From positions 15,125-79,124 of the forward strand of contig JAJZCG010000001.1 of assembly GCA_021846225.1 (NCBI GenBank): a DNA stretch of 64,000 bases, given 5' to 3'. Origin of the DNA: Pseudomonadota bacterium (GTDB lineage: Bacteria; Pseudomonadota; Alphaproteobacteria; Acetobacterales; Acetobacteraceae). Both the position numbers and the translations under genes were made by a program. Under the pieces are notes generated by a model. It did not search any database, had not been told where the DNA came from, and saw only the letters and a list, made by a program, of their open reading frames with translations. Position 1 is the first letter of the stretch. Every line of letters begins with the position of its first letter. This document shows, piece after piece, positions 61,587-64,000 of the stretch.

Positions 61587-63272
61587 ATGAAAAAATCCAC
61601 CGGCAAATCCCCGGCGCCGGCCCGGGGCGATGCCCAGGGCGGGTTCATTTTCGTGCCCCTCGGCGGCACCGGCGAAATCGGCATGAATTTCAACCTCTAT
61701 GGTTGCGATGGCGCCTGGCTGGCTGTTGATTGCGGCATGGGCTTCTCCGGGCCGGAAACGCCCGAAGCTGAAATTTTGTTGCCCGACCCGGCATTTATCG
61801 CCGAACAACGCGACACCCTGCTGGGCCTGGTCGTCACGCACGCGCATGAGGACCATATCGGCGGCATTGCCCGGCTCTGGCCGCAACTGCGCTGCCCGGT
61901 TTATGCAACCCCCTTCGCCGCCGCGATTATCCGCCGCAAACTGGCCGAGGCCGGACTCGGCCGCGAGGTAAAGCTCAAGGTCATCAAGCCTGGCGCGGCG
62001 TTTGAGCTTGCCCCCTTCAGCCTGCGTTATATCCAGATGACGCATTCCACGGTGGAAGCGCAGTCGCTTGCCATCACAACCAGCTACGGCACCGTTCTGC
62101 ATACCGGCGACTGGAAGCTCGACCCCGACCCCGTGGTGGGCGCCTTGTCCGATGAAGCCGGCCTGAAAGCCCTGGGCGATGCGGGCGTGCTCGCCATTGT
62201 CTCGGACTCCACCAACGCGATGGTGGAAGGTCATTCCCGCTCCGAATCTGAGGTCAAGCGGAGCCTCAGGGGGCTGATTGCCGACATCCCCGGCCGTATC
62301 GCCATCACCTGTTTCGCCAGCAACGTGGCGCGCGTCGCGAGCATCATCGCCGCCGCCCAGGCGGCAGGGCGGCATGTCGCCCTGGTGGGCCGCAGCCTGG
62401 GCAATTACGTCGCCGCGGCGCAGGAGGCTGGCTATCTGCAGGATGCGCCAGACTTCATCCCCGAGGAGGATATCGGCTCCATCCCCGGCGAAAATCTGCT
62501 GCTCCTGGTCACCGGCAGCCAGGGTGAACCCCGCTCAGCGCTGGCGCGTATCGCAGCCGGTGCTCATCGCCACGCGGTGCTGGGGGAGGGCGATACGATT
62601 ATTTTTTCTTCGCGCATGATCCCAGGCAACGAGCGGGCCATTACCGCGGTGCAGGACGCGCTGGTCCGCCGTGGCGTTGACGTCATCACCGATGAAGATG
62701 AATTCACCCATGTTTCCGGCCACCCCAAGCGCGACGAGCTGCGCAAGCTCTATAGCCTGGTCCGGCCTAAATACGTCGTTCCCACCCATGGCGAATGGCG
62801 TCATCTCTCCTCCCAGGCAGCGCTTGCGGAGGAGGAGGGGCTGATTCCCCTCATGATGGAAAACGGTGACGTGCTGCAGTTCGGGCCGGGGACACCTGCG
62901 GTTGTTGACTCTGTTCCTTCCGGCCGCCTGGTCTTGGATGGTGAGCGCGTCATCCCGCTCAAGGGCGGCGTGCTGTCCGCCCGCCGGCGCATGTTGTTTA
63001 ACGGTGTTGTCATCGGCAGTTTTGCCGCCGATTCCAGCGGTAAACTGCTTGGCGCAGCCAGGATTTCCGCGCCGGGACTGCTGGACGAGGCAGACGCGAT
63101 GCTCAGGCTTGAAGCCGAGGCGGAGTTTTTCGAGCTGCTCGCGGATCTGCCCGCCGCGGTTCGCCGCAACGAGACCGCCTTTCTGGAGGCTGCCCGCACA
63201 GGGCTGCGCAAGGTCATCGGCAAGCGCTTTGGTAAACGCCCGCTGGTTGAGGCACATTTGCTGAGAGTTTGA
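61587..63272 (+). CDS. rnj: Ribonuclease J
   Basis: PLGGTGEIGMN, THAHEDHIG, HTGDWK, DSTNA, TGSQGEP, HVSGH, PTHGE. Confidence 0.95.
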   Translation: MKKSTGKSPAPARGDAQGGFIFVPLGGTGEIGMNFNLYGCDGAWLAVDCGMGFSGPETPEAEILLPDPAFIAEQRDTLLGLVVTHAHEDHIGGIARLWPQLRCPVYATPFAAAIIRRKLAEAGLGREVKLKVIKPGAAFELAPFSLRYIQMTHSTVEAQSLAITTSYGTVLHTGDWKLDPDPVVGALSDEAGLKALGDAGVLAIVSDSTNAMVEGHSRSESEVKRSLRGLIADIPGRIAITCFASNVARVASIIAAAQAAGRHVALVGRSLGNYVAAAQEAGYLQDAPDFIPEEDIGSIPGENLLLLVTGSQGEPRSALARIAAGAHRHAVLGEGDTIIFSSRMIPGNERAITAVQDALVRRGVDVITDEDEFTHVSGHPKRDELRKLYSLVRPKYVVPTHGEWRHLSSQAALAEEEGLIPLMMENGDVLQFGPGTPAVVDSVPSGRLVLDGERVIPLKGGVLSARRRMLFNGVVIGSFAADSSGKLLGAARISAPGLLDEADAMLRLEAEAEFFELLADLPAAVRRNETAFLEAARTGLRKVIGKRFGKRPLVEAHLLRV

Positions 63273-63417
63273 ATTTGCACAAAATAAAGTCAACAACGAA
63301 AACAAAAACGCCATAACGAGCAAAAAAATGTCAAGCTTTGCTTTAAAGGCTAAAAAACCATCAGAAAAAGGGTGCTTTCTGCTGGACTTCTGTTTTTGTG
63401 CGGCGCACTATAAGCCC

Positions 63418-63510
63418 AGGGTGAATTTTGGTTCTTCATCCTACTGTGTGACTGGTGTTTCCTCCCTAACCTTGGCCCGCCGCCCGCAAGGGCTGGCGGG
63501 CTTCTTTCTG
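63418..63510 (+). ncRNA. MmgR/SuhB (alpha-r8)-like small RNA; 5' end approximate
   Basis: Family 10-mer TTTCCTCCCT at 63458-63467 directly followed by an intrinsic terminator. Upstream TGGACT-N17-CACTAT promoter candidate. Confidence 0.7.
63475..63510 (+). terminator. Rho-independent terminator ending the sRNA
   Basis: GCCCGCC-GCCC-GCAA-GGGC-T-GGCGGGC then TTCTTTCTGTTT. Confidence 0.8.
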
Positions 63511-63532
63511 TTTGTTTAGGAGGTGAACCAGC

Positions 63533-64000
63533 ATGAATCTCAGGCAGGAAATTTCTGATCTAACCGTTTTCCGGGCCGTGCTGGCGGCCTGGATTTTCTC
63601 TTATTCCATTGATGTTTATATAAATTTTTCGGCATGGCTGGGGCCGTTCGCGGGGCTCGTCCGGCACGGTTATCTGGGAGTTGATGGCTTTTTCATGCTC
63701 TCCGGCCTGGTCCTGGCGCGGGTGCATCCTGAGCTTAGCCGCGTAGGCGTTCATCCGCAGTTGCAATGGGAAAAATTTGGCGACCCCCAACCCTTTCATC
63801 CGCGTGCATGGCGTTTCTGGGCCATGCGGCTTGGCCGGATTTATCCGCTGCATCTTGTCACCATCATCCTTTTTGCCGTGATCTTCGGGGCGGGGGCTGC
63901 CGCGGGTCTGGTCCCTCATGATGCGTCCTCATTCAGCCTGCCGGCGTTTTTGGAAAATGTCTTTCTCCTGCAGGGCTGGGGCTTTTCCGGCCCTGGCGCC
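63533..64000 (+). CDS. Acyltransferase family 3 (OafA-like) membrane protein, 3'-truncated by the window end; missing from the ORF track
   Basis: SD AGGAGG then ATG: MNLRQEISDLTVFRAVLAAW...HGYLGVDGFFMLSGLVL...RLGRIYPLHL...NVFLLQGW. Confidence 0.88.
   Translation, partial: MNLRQEISDLTVFRAVLAAWIFSYSIDVYINFSAWLGPFAGLVRHGYLGVDGFFMLSGLVLARVHPELSRVGVHPQLQWEKFGDPQPFHPRAWRFWAMRLGRIYPLHLVTIILFAVIFGAGAAAGLVPHDASSFSLPAFLENVFLLQGWGFSGPGA

Noticed and set aside
63276-63292. NtrC site upstream of the sRNA (TGCACAAAATAAAGTCA)
   Set aside because: Only the left half resembles TGCACC-N5-GGTGCA; too weak to call.

Overview
A 64-kb, GC-rich, almost entirely core-genome segment from an alphaproteobacterium. 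The aroK-aroB fusion, GNAT-MutT fusion and overall gene order suggest Acetobacteraceae, possibly an acidophile such as Acidocella or Acidiphilium (inference, no database search run). In order it contains: metH; a Pho-box-preceded pstS-pstC-pstA operon with no pstB; the proA-nadD-rsfS-rlmH-gpmI-envC-ctpA-rppH block; lepA; aroKB; xerD; a GT2/GtrA pair; hisZ-purA; bolA/J-domain/cobS/cobT; manC; a creatininase-like gene, CitMHS_2-type transporter and gabT; ATP12 and asmA; tRNA-Leu, tig, clpP, clpX, lon, HU, tRNA-Val, tRNA-Asp; the complete nuoA-N operon; birA-coaX-rnj; an MmgR/SuhB-like sRNA; and the 5' part of an acyltransferase-3 gene. I see no transposase, prophage, CRISPR array, rRNA or defence island, and cannot support a claim of a new multi-gene system. 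The best leads are: a P-loop-less CobW/COG0523-like CxCC mini-protein head-to-head with metH; a Mycobacterium PstS1/PstC1-like Pst module lacking its ATPase; an unannotated 42-aa membrane peptide; an sRNA whose anti-SD seed can pair with the RBS of the next gene; coupled non-canonical start codons; and two envelope enzymes with altered catalytic motifs.
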